Positions 50,781-60,051 of a stretch of 64,000 nt of DNA are shown here, piece after piece. A program made the position numbers and the translations under genes. The stretch lies in the sequence record NC_023557.1; one strand, written 5' to 3'. How positions within the stretch are numbered: position 1 is the stretch's first letter; each line of letters opens with the position of its first letter. The notes under the pieces were generated by a model. It did not search any database. It was not told the origin of the DNA and was given only the letters and a program-made list of their open reading frames with translations.

Positions 50781-52038
50781 GACACCCGCATCGAAGGTTC
50801 CAAACCCGGTGCAGAACCCGGTGATCAAATCACCGGAGGTTAGAAACGAAGTGGTCGATTCCACTTATAACCCCCGTAAGTCGTTAATGACCTTTGTCGG
50901 GGGTTCGTCTTGGGTCATCACCTATTACAGTCAGGTCTTGGGCGAAGGCAGTGAGCCCATGGCCTTGCAGCATGACGAGCAAGGGACCACACAGCAGTAC
51001 CTGCGTATTCGTCGCAATGTCATGAAAGTCTCCACCCCGCTGAACCACAACCCCGAGAAAGACCAGGGGCAAATGGAAATCACCGGGGCCGGTTATCTGA
51101 TGCCAGGGATTGTGCCGAACCAAGGTGACATGTTTGTCGCCGATGTGGGTGATGGTCGTGCTGGACTCTTTACCATCAACGATATCGAGATCATGTCCAT
51201 CTACAACGACACTGCGTATCAGGTGACGTATGAGATGACGGACTTCTGGGATGCTGCTATCCAGAAGCTGCTTGATGACAAGACGGTGCAAGACACGGTC
51301 TACGACATGGACTTTGCCCGTACGGGTAAGAACCCGATCATCGCCTCGGAAGACTTCTTTAACCGTGAGCGCATGATGGGACTGGAGGCCTCGTTAATCC
51401 ATCACTTCTTCATGACGTTTTACGATAACGAGTTCAACACCTTCTTACTCCCGGGGCAATTGCGCACTACTTACGACCCGTACCATGCCCGGTTTGTGGA
51501 TAAGTTGATTGACTACGATTCACGCCCAGGTCATGCCCGGGTTAACATCTACGACGAGTCACTCAAGGGTAATGCAAAACCCACGACGATCTGGGACCTG
51601 TTAGTTGCACAAGACCCGCTGATGTTTAAGTACATCACCAAACAGATGCAAGTCTTGCCCGCGACGTACTTTCGCAGTGCCACCGCGCTGTACGGGGCAA
51701 TTGCGTATGCAGGTATCTACGGGGTGGTCTATCCGGTCAGTACCGATATCTTCATTAATACCGATATCGCCATTCCAGTCACCCCCATCAACCCCTTGCT
51801 GTTCAGTGGGATTGGGATCAACAAAACCTACGTGTTAAGTGAGGCCTTCTATCTGCAGCAACCGCATCTGATGAGCGAGCTGGAGCGGCAGGTGTACAAC
51901 CTCATTACCGGCTTACCCATCAACGTGGAGAAGCTGATCGATTTGGTGGATGCCTACTTCGAGGCAGCGCCATTGGTACAATACTACGCATTTCCTCTAT
52001 TAGTGTGTTTGTGCCGAACCGCACGTTATCGTTTATAG
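50767..52038 (+). CDS. Conserved virion structural protein (neck/head-completion-like)
   Basis: ATG 50767; PNQGDMF..GLFTI resembles neck-protein beta-barrel motifs (weak). Confidence 0.55.
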   Translation: MAIAKTPASKVPNPVQNPVIKSPEVRNEVVDSTYNPRKSLMTFVGGSSWVITYYSQVLGEGSEPMALQHDEQGTTQQYLRIRRNVMKVSTPLNHNPEKDQGQMEITGAGYLMPGIVPNQGDMFVADVGDGRAGLFTINDIEIMSIYNDTAYQVTYEMTDFWDAAIQKLLDDKTVQDTVYDMDFARTGKNPIIASEDFFNRERMMGLEASLIHHFFMTFYDNEFNTFLLPGQLRTTYDPYHARFVDKLIDYDSRPGHARVNIYDESLKGNAKPTTIWDLLVAQDPLMFKYITKQMQVLPATYFRSATALYGAIAYAGIYGVVYPVSTDIFINTDIAIPVTPINPLLFSGIGINKTYVLSEAFYLQQPHLMSELERQVYNLITGLPINVEKLIDLVDAYFEAAPLVQYYAFPLLVCLCRTARYRL

Positions 52039-52045
52039 GTGTTCT

Positions 52046-52675
52046 ATGACCCAGGTGATACATAGCACGGAATTTCTAAAGAGTGAACTGGAGCGTTTAC
52101 AAGTGGTGCTGTTCGAGTGCCGCTATGAATGCCGTATCCGCCAACGCGATCTCTACGATGTTGACTATCTGCAAAACGTGGGACTGCCATCATCTGGGAT
52201 AGCTTGGCTCGATCAGGAGATGGACAACCAGTTAGTGGATATGTTCCTTACCATTAACAAGATGACCGAGTGTGTGAAGAATGGGTATAACTTCTACATC
52301 AACTACCCGGAGACCTACGCCGGGATCATCTACAAAGCGATCACCGACTACATCCGCTATTACGGCGAGCTCTCGGACCGTTTCCCGAACTTACCGTTAC
52401 CGGATCAGGACGACTTTGAAATCCTGGATCAGACCGCCAGTAAGATCTATACAGTTTATCGCTGCTACGAGAAACCGGAAGAACTCTCGGGGATTGTCGG
52501 TCGTCTGCGTCGACGTCGTCGCTCCTTCGATCTGCAGAACCCGGTGGCCGAAGTTGAGCTGCAGCGTGATGAAGACGGTAACGTGATTGCGAAGGAACAT
52601 AACTCGATGCTGGATATGTTTGCTGATCGCATGACCGTGAAGAGGATTCCAAAGCATGAATTTGGAGAAGAGTAG
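52046..52675 (+). CDS. Conserved hypothetical protein
   Basis: 209 aa; tight operon packing. Confidence 0.7.
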   Translation: MTQVIHSTEFLKSELERLQVVLFECRYECRIRQRDLYDVDYLQNVGLPSSGIAWLDQEMDNQLVDMFLTINKMTECVKNGYNFYINYPETYAGIIYKAITDYIRYYGELSDRFPNLPLPDQDDFEILDQTASKIYTVYRCYEKPEELSGIVGRLRRRRRSFDLQNPVAEVELQRDEDGNVIAKEHNSMLDMFADRMTVKRIPKHEFGEE

Positions 52676-54017
52676 TCTTTATAATGAAATCATCGCGATC
52701 GGGACCAAAGGCGGGCGCAGTGTCTACCGAATAAAGGCGGAGATCTTTTTTGATACCACCGTCTGTTCAGTATTCCGGGTACGCAGCCTCAATCGCTTTG
52801 ATGACTTCATGAACCGCTATAGTGAAGAGCTGAACATTGAAGTGGCAATGTCGGAGGGGGTGTACAACCAACAGATCATCCCCAATGCCACGCGACTTAA
52901 GATGCACCTGGTGATTAACAAGTACGAACCGGGACAAGAACCCGTCAGTACGCGCTACACACTTCGGGTGTTTCCTAAAACGGGATATGACCCGCAGCTG
53001 ACACAACAACGGGCCGCGGATATCAACCAGGCTGCGATTGCTGCAACCTCCTTGCAGTTCTATCAGTTCCAGTTGTTTACCTCTGCGATTGAACAACTCA
53101 GTGCAACACCGTGTGCCGGGATCTTTCCTACTACCTCACCGGCGGCGTTAATTCGGGTGTTACTGGGCGGGGTGTCGGAAGGGCTGGAGTTACCGTTAGA
53201 GGAAAAGCCGCTGGGGATGGAGATGTACCCGGTGGATGCGGTGACGCCAGATGGCAAGGAGATCATCAAGAACCATGTGGTGGTCAAGCCGATCCAGTTG
53301 TGTGACTTACCGGGCTTTCTACAGCACGAGTATGGGTTGTACAAGACAGCGATTGGGTCGTATTACCATAAGCAGTACTGGCACATCTGGCCGCTCTACA
53401 ACACCAAACGGTTTGAACTGGTGCGCAAGAACCTGATTGTAGTCAACGTTCCTAAGGATAAGTTCCCTAACATGGAACACACCTATGAGATGCGTGGCTC
53501 GAGTCTGTGTGTCTTGGCGACCGGTGATACTGCAGTGCACGACACGTCGAACCTGGCGCAATACCAGGAAGGCAATGGCGTCAGAGCAACCCGGTCCTCT
53601 GCGATGAGTGGTGATGAGGGGATGGAGGTGAAGCAGGGGCAGGTGGTGCTGCAGCGTGGTGCGACTAACTCTGAGTTCATTACCAATACCCGTCAAGGTG
53701 CAGTTAACTTCGCCCCCATGGCCGGTGAGATCACGGACAACAGTTATCGCATTGTGTCAAAGACCGCAGTTAATAACGGAGCTACCATTCAGGTGACCTG
53801 GCAGAACGCCGACCCTGAGCTGATCTTTCCTGGCATGCCGGTGAAGTACCTCTACATGAAGTCGACGGGTGTTGAACAACGCTACGGGACGCTGGTGATG
53901 GCAGAGGCGCATTATCGACTCGCACAGGACGGGTTAGCTGATGAGGTGATGTTGTGTGATATAGCCTTAACCTTGTTCATTGATACCGCCGACGAAACCG
54001 CCAACAGTTCATTGTAA
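52656..54017 (+). CDS. Baseplate hub-like virion protein
   Basis: 453 aa, beta-rich; position equivalent to the phiKZ-like hub gene (recall). Confidence 0.5.
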   Translation: MNLEKSSLYNEIIAIGTKGGRSVYRIKAEIFFDTTVCSVFRVRSLNRFDDFMNRYSEELNIEVAMSEGVYNQQIIPNATRLKMHLVINKYEPGQEPVSTRYTLRVFPKTGYDPQLTQQRAADINQAAIAATSLQFYQFQLFTSAIEQLSATPCAGIFPTTSPAALIRVLLGGVSEGLELPLEEKPLGMEMYPVDAVTPDGKEIIKNHVVVKPIQLCDLPGFLQHEYGLYKTAIGSYYHKQYWHIWPLYNTKRFELVRKNLIVVNVPKDKFPNMEHTYEMRGSSLCVLATGDTAVHDTSNLAQYQEGNGVRATRSSAMSGDEGMEVKQGQVVLQRGATNSEFITNTRQGAVNFAPMAGEITDNSYRIVSKTAVNNGATIQVTWQNADPELIFPGMPVKYLYMKSTGVEQRYGTLVMAEAHYRLAQDGLADEVMLCDIALTLFIDTADETANSSL

Positions 54018-54080
54018 TTAGTGACATTCATCCCTAGTCTTATGAGCTCCTGGCTCATAGGCTAGGATGGATTTATTCTT

Positions 54081-54093
54081 AGACCTACATTAT
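54081..54093 (+). promoter_or_regulatory. Candidate phage promoter AGACCTACATTAT
   Basis: Follows a hairpin at 54033-54066 and precedes RBS plus ATG 54127. Confidence 0.5.
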
Positions 54094-54126
54094 CGAGATG
54101 ATCCAATAAAATATAAGGACTTCACC

Positions 54127-55605
54127 ATGAGTCGCAATTTCTCGTTGACCACCCTCATCAATCTCCTTCAAGCTGAGCTCGATTGGTACTCTACCCAGTT
54201 TCCTGAGTTTGAAGCCGATGTGCTGGACATTGTTAATAACACCATCAGCGGTAAATTAACCGCCAGTGACTTTGGCTGGACTTATAATCGTCTGATCTCT
54301 AAATTTGGTCTGGTGATGCAGGATACCGGCAACCCGCGGGCAAGGTTCTTGCGTTGCATCGTACCGAACTGCACCCATGGCGTTGTCCCGCTGCTGCAGA
54401 GCATTCGTAATTACGGTGATCAACACATCGATCGTGATCACATCATGGCCAGCGCCGTAGAGATCTTGCTGGGAAATTCCGTCGCCCCGATTATCAGCAG
54501 TTTTTATAAAAGCATCAAGCAGGGTGGCGATACTGCACCGTGGGAGCGTGAGGGTTATTATGAATTGTTGTATATGCGCTTGCGCAACAACCGCCATCAA
54601 TTCCCTTCAGGCTTTCAGGTGCTGCAACCCCAACCGCGCTTGACGGATGAACTCTCCACTGAGATCTATCGTCGCTTTGATGAGATTGTCGGTGCCCTGG
54701 AGAAGTTTAACAGCGACCCACAATACGCGTCAGAGAACTACACCCTGCACGGCCTGCAAGATCCGTGGACTCATGCCGGGACTCGGGGCGATACCATGGC
54801 AGCGAAGTTGTGCCGTGCAATTGATGGTGAACGCCCCCACCACTATGACGAAGATGAAGACGAGGAGCTTTCGTTTAACCTCACGCCCTATAACCCGGAA
54901 GCGGATTTAGTGAGCACGCTGAATAACGTGCATCATCTTCAGCCAATTGTGAAAGCCATCGTCAGTGCGGCAGCCACCAAAGAGTCTATTGATGAACGTT
55001 ACCCGTTTCGTCAACCTCACGGTGTGCTTCAGTTGGTGCAGAAAGGTTACTTCGATGGCCTGACCCCAAAACACCTCAACGAGATCTACAGCACCGATCT
55101 CACTATCCCTGCGATCCACAACGTATTAAGTAAGGTAACTTACTATAGTCGCGATGACCATGCGCAGCTTGAACTCGACCAGAACGGCAACATTCCTGAT
55201 CGTCAAATCAACCCGGTGATCACTAACTTTAACCAAGCTCTAAACCGTACATACCCAACCAATATCCCGTTACTGACCATTCCGATGCCGGTGGCCATGA
55301 ACGAAGAGCTCGACTTTGCAGCCCTCGCGAAAACCGAGATCAGAAACTATAACCGGGATGGGTATCTGTGGTTGTTGCTCGGTATCGTCTTTGACATCAG
55401 TAAAATGACCGTGACGTATCGCCGTCAGCTGAACCGCATCAAAGGCGTGCCGTTACGGAAGGTGTGGGAGCTGCCTCTGATCGTCACACCACATCGCACC
55501 ATCGAAGAGATCTTTGCTGATCTTGGTTATGAAATCTTAGAGGTAACTGATCCAAATGCCAAAACAGAAGCTCCAGTTCGAAAACCTGGTGGCAAGCGTA
55601 AATGA
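54127..55605 (+). CDS. Large hypothetical accessory protein
   Basis: AAGGA RBS before ATG 54127; the listed start 54067 lies upstream of the promoter motif. Confidence 0.75.
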   Translation: MSRNFSLTTLINLLQAELDWYSTQFPEFEADVLDIVNNTISGKLTASDFGWTYNRLISKFGLVMQDTGNPRARFLRCIVPNCTHGVVPLLQSIRNYGDQHIDRDHIMASAVEILLGNSVAPIISSFYKSIKQGGDTAPWEREGYYELLYMRLRNNRHQFPSGFQVLQPQPRLTDELSTEIYRRFDEIVGALEKFNSDPQYASENYTLHGLQDPWTHAGTRGDTMAAKLCRAIDGERPHHYDEDEDEELSFNLTPYNPEADLVSTLNNVHHLQPIVKAIVSAAATKESIDERYPFRQPHGVLQLVQKGYFDGLTPKHLNEIYSTDLTIPAIHNVLSKVTYYSRDDHAQLELDQNGNIPDRQINPVITNFNQALNRTYPTNIPLLTIPMPVAMNEELDFAALAKTEIRNYNRDGYLWLLLGIVFDISKMTVTYRRQLNRIKGVPLRKVWELPLIVTPHRTIEEIFADLGYEILEVTDPNAKTEAPVRKPGGKRK

Positions 55606-55951
55606 TTTCGCTGGTCAACTGGGTCAGGTAGCTGTGCTGATCGAAGGCTTTGATGGGGGCGCTAAGCGCCCCTACTTAGCGTTTGCTCTCCATATGCTCC
55701 TTTCATCAGACGCGTCCGAGCGACTGGGTGCCGGTTGGTACCTGTTACTCATTCGGGCTATGTACAACGAACTCGGCCATGAGTTCACTGCCGTTGATGA
55801 GTTAGACGACTTCATCGATACTTTTTATGACTTGTTTGATGCACACAACATCGAACTGAACGACGCCGTCGTGAACGAATTGAATATCGCTTTCGACATG
55901 TTTGAAGAGTCACTCGACCTGGGTGATGCCACCGACGAGTATGACGACTAA
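55556..55951 (+). CDS. Acidic hypothetical protein
   Basis: GAGG RBS; 50-nt overlap with the previous gene. Confidence 0.65.
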   Translation: MPKQKLQFENLVASVNDFAGQLGQVAVLIEGFDGGAKRPYLAFALHMLLSSDASERLGAGWYLLLIRAMYNELGHEFTAVDELDDFIDTFYDLFDAHNIELNDAVVNELNIAFDMFEESLDLGDATDEYDD

Positions 55952-55980
55952 TTCCCATCCTTAATTAACCGAGACGTAAA

Positions 55981-56202
55981 ATGAAAAAGAACATCCTACT
56001 GGCTGTGGTCCTGCTGTCTGCATTTCCTTCTGTAAAGGCATCCATGGATGTCCCGCCAGACCCGTACACCATTCAGTGTTTATCGGAGACTGAATGCTTT
56101 TATGCTAATGGACGTAAAGTGACTGAGCAGGAACTTCAGAAACTGGCGCTCCTGATTCAACAAGAGGAACAAAATGAGTCAAGTCAAAACAATGACGGCT
56201 GA
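55981..56202 (+). CDS. Small secreted protein with two Cys
   Basis: MKKNILLAVVLLSAFPSVKA signal peptide. Confidence 0.65.
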   Translation: MKKNILLAVVLLSAFPSVKASMDVPPDPYTIQCLSETECFYANGRKVTEQELQKLALLIQQEEQNESSQNNDG

Positions 56203-56956
56203 AGAGATCAGAAAGGCGATGTGGGTTTATGATGCATTGTCTAACAGCCACCGTGGTCTGTATGTCAAAGCAGAAGGTCCGGATGGTTCGGGTAAGTCAA
56301 CCTTTGTGAAACTGTTAACGGAATGGTTACAGACACAGTTAGGTAACAGCCGGGCGGTGATGACCCGTGAAATGGGCGGCACTGCACAAGGTCGTGTCTT
56401 TCGTGAAATGGTGCTCTTCCCTAAAGAGACCCAAGAGCTGGATCTGCAAACTGAAACGCTGCTGTGCTGGGCTGATCGGGTTGAAGGCCAGAAGCAAGTT
56501 AAAGCCTGGTTAAACGCCGGGATCGCTGTGGTTCAGGATCGTACCTACTTCTCCACCTACGCTTATCAAGGCATGCTGTACGGACAGTCACCGTTGGTAA
56601 GCAAGATTCATTCCGGCCTGGACATCATGAACGCGGATATCGTGTTTGTGTTGGACGTTGACCCAGAAGACATTCTGGCACGCGTAGGTCGTCGTGAAGC
56701 AAAGGGTAATGAAGATCCAACGGGTAATGACCGGATGGATGTGATGACCGATCGGCAGCTAAAAGACCTCTGCTACTTTTATCGGGGTATTGAGCACCAG
56801 ATGCCAGCCTGTGCCAATATCAAACAATCTAAAGTCATCCACCTGGATGGCCGGCAAACGCAGGAGCAATTGCTGCAGGATGCCATTGTTCACTTAACCC
56901 GTTTTCTGGATGAGAAGGAACGCGAAGCAAATGACCTCTGCCGTGCTATTTGCTAA
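56174..56956 (+). CDS. tmk: Thymidylate (dTMP) kinase
   Basis: P-loop EGPDGSGKST, REMGGT, DR-x-YFST.AYQG. Confidence 0.92.
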   Translation: MSQVKTMTAEEIRKAMWVYDALSNSHRGLYVKAEGPDGSGKSTFVKLLTEWLQTQLGNSRAVMTREMGGTAQGRVFREMVLFPKETQELDLQTETLLCWADRVEGQKQVKAWLNAGIAVVQDRTYFSTYAYQGMLYGQSPLVSKIHSGLDIMNADIVFVLDVDPEDILARVGRREAKGNEDPTGNDRMDVMTDRQLKDLCYFYRGIEHQMPACANIKQSKVIHLDGRQTQEQLLQDAIVHLTRFLDEKEREANDLCRAIC

Positions 56957-57242
56957 TGTGACCGAACCGCTGTTGCTGAAACTCAAAGAGGTGAATGAAG
57001 CGGTTGACCTCGAGTGGCTGATTGAACAGGGTAAGATGGTCAGTCTTATTCGTAAGAACGTCGTGCGTGCTGAACGTGACGACGGCGCGCATGTGCATGT
57101 GATGGTGTTTCCCCGCGAGTATCTTCTGAACCTCGCTGACCGCCATGACGATGCGCAATATCAGGCCTGGTTAATCGAAAGCAAGATCAAGCCTTTTAAA
57201 GAGCATTACGCTCACGGTAGTCTCAGTATGTACGTGTACTAA
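56931..57242 (+). CDS. Hypothetical protein
   Basis: AAGGA RBS before ATG 56931. Confidence 0.65.
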   Translation: MTSAVLFANVTEPLLLKLKEVNEAVDLEWLIEQGKMVSLIRKNVVRAERDDGAHVHVMVFPREYLLNLADRHDDAQYQAWLIESKIKPFKEHYAHGSLSMYVY

Positions 57243-57248
57243 CTTTAA

Positions 57249-57280
57249 GCAGGAGTAAGGAAACTTACTCCGCTTATGCC
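57249..57280 (+). terminator. GAAA hairpin plus TTATGCC
   Basis: GGAGTAAG-GAAA-CTTACTCC. Confidence 0.75.
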
Positions 57281-57305
57281 AATTTAATTTAACCGGACGT
57301 GTATC

Positions 57306-57716
57306 ATGAAATTAGGCTTTTATTACGCATTAGTAAAGAACCATGTGTCAGGTAAACGTGAGATCTTATCCATCCAACGTGAGAGTGTCGCAGAACTCTT
57401 CCCAGTGTGTTATACGCGACTCTGTAAAGAGATCGAGGAAAACCACAGTGGTAAGTACGAAACCTCAGCATTGGCCTTTGGTGCGCTTAAAATCGAGTAT
57501 CATGCAGCCAGTCAATTGGGAACGGTATGGATTGGCCATACCAAGGTCGGAATCATTACCCCGAAAGCCACGTTGATCTCGGTAGGTGTGGAGTATCCGA
57601 TTGGGACTTTCTATCTATCCCCACCGCCAAGTCTGCAGCTTGGTGACCCGGAATTGATTCAGTTACGGGATGTGGTGGCCAGTGTTATTGGCGATGCAAC
57701 ATGGGTGATGAACTAA
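57306..57716 (+). CDS. Hypothetical protein
   Basis: 136 aa; GGA RBS. Confidence 0.7.
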   Translation: MKLGFYYALVKNHVSGKREILSIQRESVAELFPVCYTRLCKEIEENHSGKYETSALAFGALKIEYHAASQLGTVWIGHTKVGIITPKATLISVGVEYPIGTFYLSPPPSLQLGDPELIQLRDVVASVIGDATWVMN

Positions 57717-58213
57717 TGGCGAAGATCAATGTCTCGAATGCCACGACTTATAAGTTCTTTAAAGAACGTGCAAACCATACACTGCGTCATTTTGCCCAAG
57801 ATCTTGATCCGGGTATTCTGCCGGTCGTAAGGGAACTTAACGCAATAGAAGGGATCGCCCCCGTCTGGAGTTGTGAGTCACACCCTAAAGGTAATGCACA
57901 TCTTCTTCGCGAGGCATACGTTATCTGTGTGGTCACTGGGCGGGGGATGGATAAGTTAGAAGAGATCTATAAAGAATGGATGCGGTTGCTAGACCAAGAT
58001 CGATCATCCTGGCGTAAAGACGATACCGCCCATTCTCGTAGAAAACGAGTATTTGCTCATCATGTGGTAATCACAACACGTCGCTTGACTTGGCCTAATG
58101 ACTTCAGTCGCCACTATACCTCTGTCTGTTTAGGGTATGAGCGCCTTAATGCCGTCAACAAGCGCTTGGTGCTTCTGTCGTTTGAACAAGCTATCCGTAA
58201 CGTAACCTTTTAA
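57716..58213 (+). CDS. Hypothetical protein with D.GI..V..LN..SC..H motif (TYW3-like?)
   Basis: TAATG coupling; DPGILPVVRELNAIEGIAPVWSCESHP. Confidence 0.6.
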   Translation: MAKINVSNATTYKFFKERANHTLRHFAQDLDPGILPVVRELNAIEGIAPVWSCESHPKGNAHLLREAYVICVVTGRGMDKLEEIYKEWMRLLDQDRSSWRKDDTAHSRRKRVFAHHVVITTRRLTWPNDFSRHYTSVCLGYERLNAVNKRLVLLSFEQAIRNVTF

Positions 58214-58220
58214 ACTTAAT

Positions 58221-58289
58221 CGGCATAACCCCCTGAGAGAGAAGCGCAATGCTTCTCTCTCAGGGATGCCTGAATCTCTTTTTTTTTTT
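58221..58289. terminator. Bidirectional terminator CGGCATAA-15-bp stem-ATGCC-T11
   Basis: CCCTGAGAGAGAAGC/GCTTCTCTCTCAGGG perfect stem. Confidence 0.85.
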
Positions 58290-58409
58290 AGTCTGGTTAA
58301 ATATAGTGGATAGAGAATTAACTTGAATAACAAAAAATAAAGCAAAGTAATATCAACGCCGGTAAGGGCTACAACAGTTGTTCTAATTTTCAGGCACGTA
58401 GCCTAGGAG

Positions 58410-58449
58410 AAAAAAAAAAGGAGGAAGCAGCTTATCCAGTTACTTCCTC
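58410..58449 (-). terminator. Canonical terminator of the helicase gene
   Basis: GAGGAAG/CTTCCTC stem plus T10 on the minus strand. Confidence 0.65.
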
Positions 58450-58490
58450 AAAAACGTTATTTCTCGTCGTCCCCATTCTGGGACATAGTA

Positions 58491-60023
58491 TTACCCAAAC
58501 CACGGAGCTCCACCGCCATCAGAGTTTGTCTCTCCGGCAACGTGCTTACGGGATTTGTCCTTTCCATTCACATCATCAAGAATACCGACTCCAGGTTCGA
58601 ACTTGTAAACGCAATATTTATCACGCTCAGGTGTAATCGAAATGGTGCGATGCTTACCGCGCTGAATGCACAGATAAGACTCTTCACCAACACGGACAAT
58701 ATGGATAATCATTTCCACATCGACTTCTTGGTCGATCTTGGTACAGTTATCCCAATAACCTTTATTCGCTGTTTCACGTGGAAGGTCTTCTTCGAGACCG
58801 TTACGGACCAGCATCTTCGCAGCAGGACTCAACTGATGCGGAGTAATGACACAGATACCACGAGCTGACGTAAAGTTACGGACACGACGGAAAAGATCAC
58901 GGTACTCTTGTCCCGCAACACCTTTCTCGCAACCTTCTTTACTGAACATCCCCAGGTAGTCGATGGTTAATAGATGAATCTCATAGCCCATGTTCTCAAA
59001 GTGCTTGATACGCTCAAAGAGATTACGGTAACCAAACTGCGATGGGTTAACACGACAGAAGTTGACTTCATAACCGTTAATAGACAAGGCGGCTAAGACT
59101 TCACGGGCTGCTTCCGCTTCATCTACTGTCTGATGGTTATGATCCAGGCCATCGATGTTTGCTTTGATCTTCTTCCACCACAGAACCATGTTGTCGGTCA
59201 TGTTGTTTTCAGAAGAGATGTGCATGATCATCGGTTTCTTCTTCGGATCACGCATGTACGGTTTGTTAAAGGTAGCGATCTGACGTGTCAGGTCCATGGT
59301 GAAACCGGTCTTGTTGTTGTGCTGCAATGCACCAATCAAGACGAACTCACTGCGACGGAACCCACCCACTTCACCCAGCATGCGGTTGATGCCGGTGTAG
59401 CCTGTCTTTAATACCCCAAGCGTAGAAGACTCTTCTTTCGCTTGCTTAAAGATCTTACCCACTTCTTCCAGGTTACTGACTGTAATGTCAGAGATCACCG
59501 CTGGGTCAAACTGTTCAGAGACGCCGATGTTAACCGTTTCGATCTCTTCTAAGAGCTTGACCACCGCAGAATCCATGTCGATGTCTTCACCGCCAAAGAT
59601 GATAGGTGCTGCAAACCGCTTGATGATGGCCTTCGCCCGACGGTGCTGATCCCACTTACGCAGTTCACGTCCAATGGCAACCACAGACTGTTTGGCTTTG
59701 TAAGGATCATCCTCGGTGCTGCTGACACCCATTTCTAAGGCTTGGTAAGTTGCCGCGTCATGACCGCAGTCAGTTAACAAGCGTTGAAGCAGATCAGTTT
59801 TATCCAGTGGTTGATTCTTAGGACGACTAATCATCCAGCGAATAGTACGGCGTAAAGCCAGCTGTACATTGCGGGATTCGTCATCACCTGTACCTTCAAC
59901 AGGGGTCGGAATGTTATCCAGGAGCTCATCAACGAACTCACTGCTGTCATCGCTGTCAGTGCCAACAATGGACTCTTGATAAAATAACGTAATAATCTTT
60001 ATGAGTAATAGAACGGTTTCCAT
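58491..60023 (-). CDS. dnaB: DnaB-like replicative helicase
   Basis: GAGG RBS before ATG 60023; Walker A variant GALQHNNKTG, Walker B LLTIDY, TPHQLS motif. Confidence 0.85.
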   Translation of the reverse strand: METVLLLIKIITLFYQESIVGTDSDDSSEFVDELLDNIPTPVEGTGDDESRNVQLALRRTIRWMISRPKNQPLDKTDLLQRLLTDCGHDAATYQALEMGVSSTEDDPYKAKQSVVAIGRELRKWDQHRRAKAIIKRFAAPIIFGGEDIDMDSAVVKLLEEIETVNIGVSEQFDPAVISDITVSNLEEVGKIFKQAKEESSTLGVLKTGYTGINRMLGEVGGFRRSEFVLIGALQHNNKTGFTMDLTRQIATFNKPYMRDPKKKPMIMHISSENNMTDNMVLWWKKIKANIDGLDHNHQTVDEAEAAREVLAALSINGYEVNFCRVNPSQFGYRNLFERIKHFENMGYEIHLLTIDYLGMFSKEGCEKGVAGQEYRDLFRRVRNFTSARGICVITPHQLSPAAKMLVRNGLEEDLPRETANKGYWDNCTKIDQEVDVEMIIHIVRVGEESYLCIQRGKHRTISITPERDKYCVYKFEPGVGILDDVNGKDKSRKHVAGETNSDGGGAPWFG

Positions 60024-60027
60024 TATG
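60024..60027 (+). promoter_or_regulatory. Candidate late promoter core TATG upstream of the gp119-like gene
   Basis: Position equivalent to the phiKZ late promoter P119L (TATG consensus, from recall). Confidence 0.45.
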
Positions 60028-60051
60028 CCCCTCGTTATAAGGTAATTAACC

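Noticed and set aside
54067-54126. Listed N-terminal extension of the 512-aa ORF
   Set aside because: Contains the promoter-like motif; the RBS supports ATG 54127.
58130-58345. 71-aa minus-strand ORF
   Set aside because: Runs through a terminator hairpin and poly-T; low-complexity artefact.
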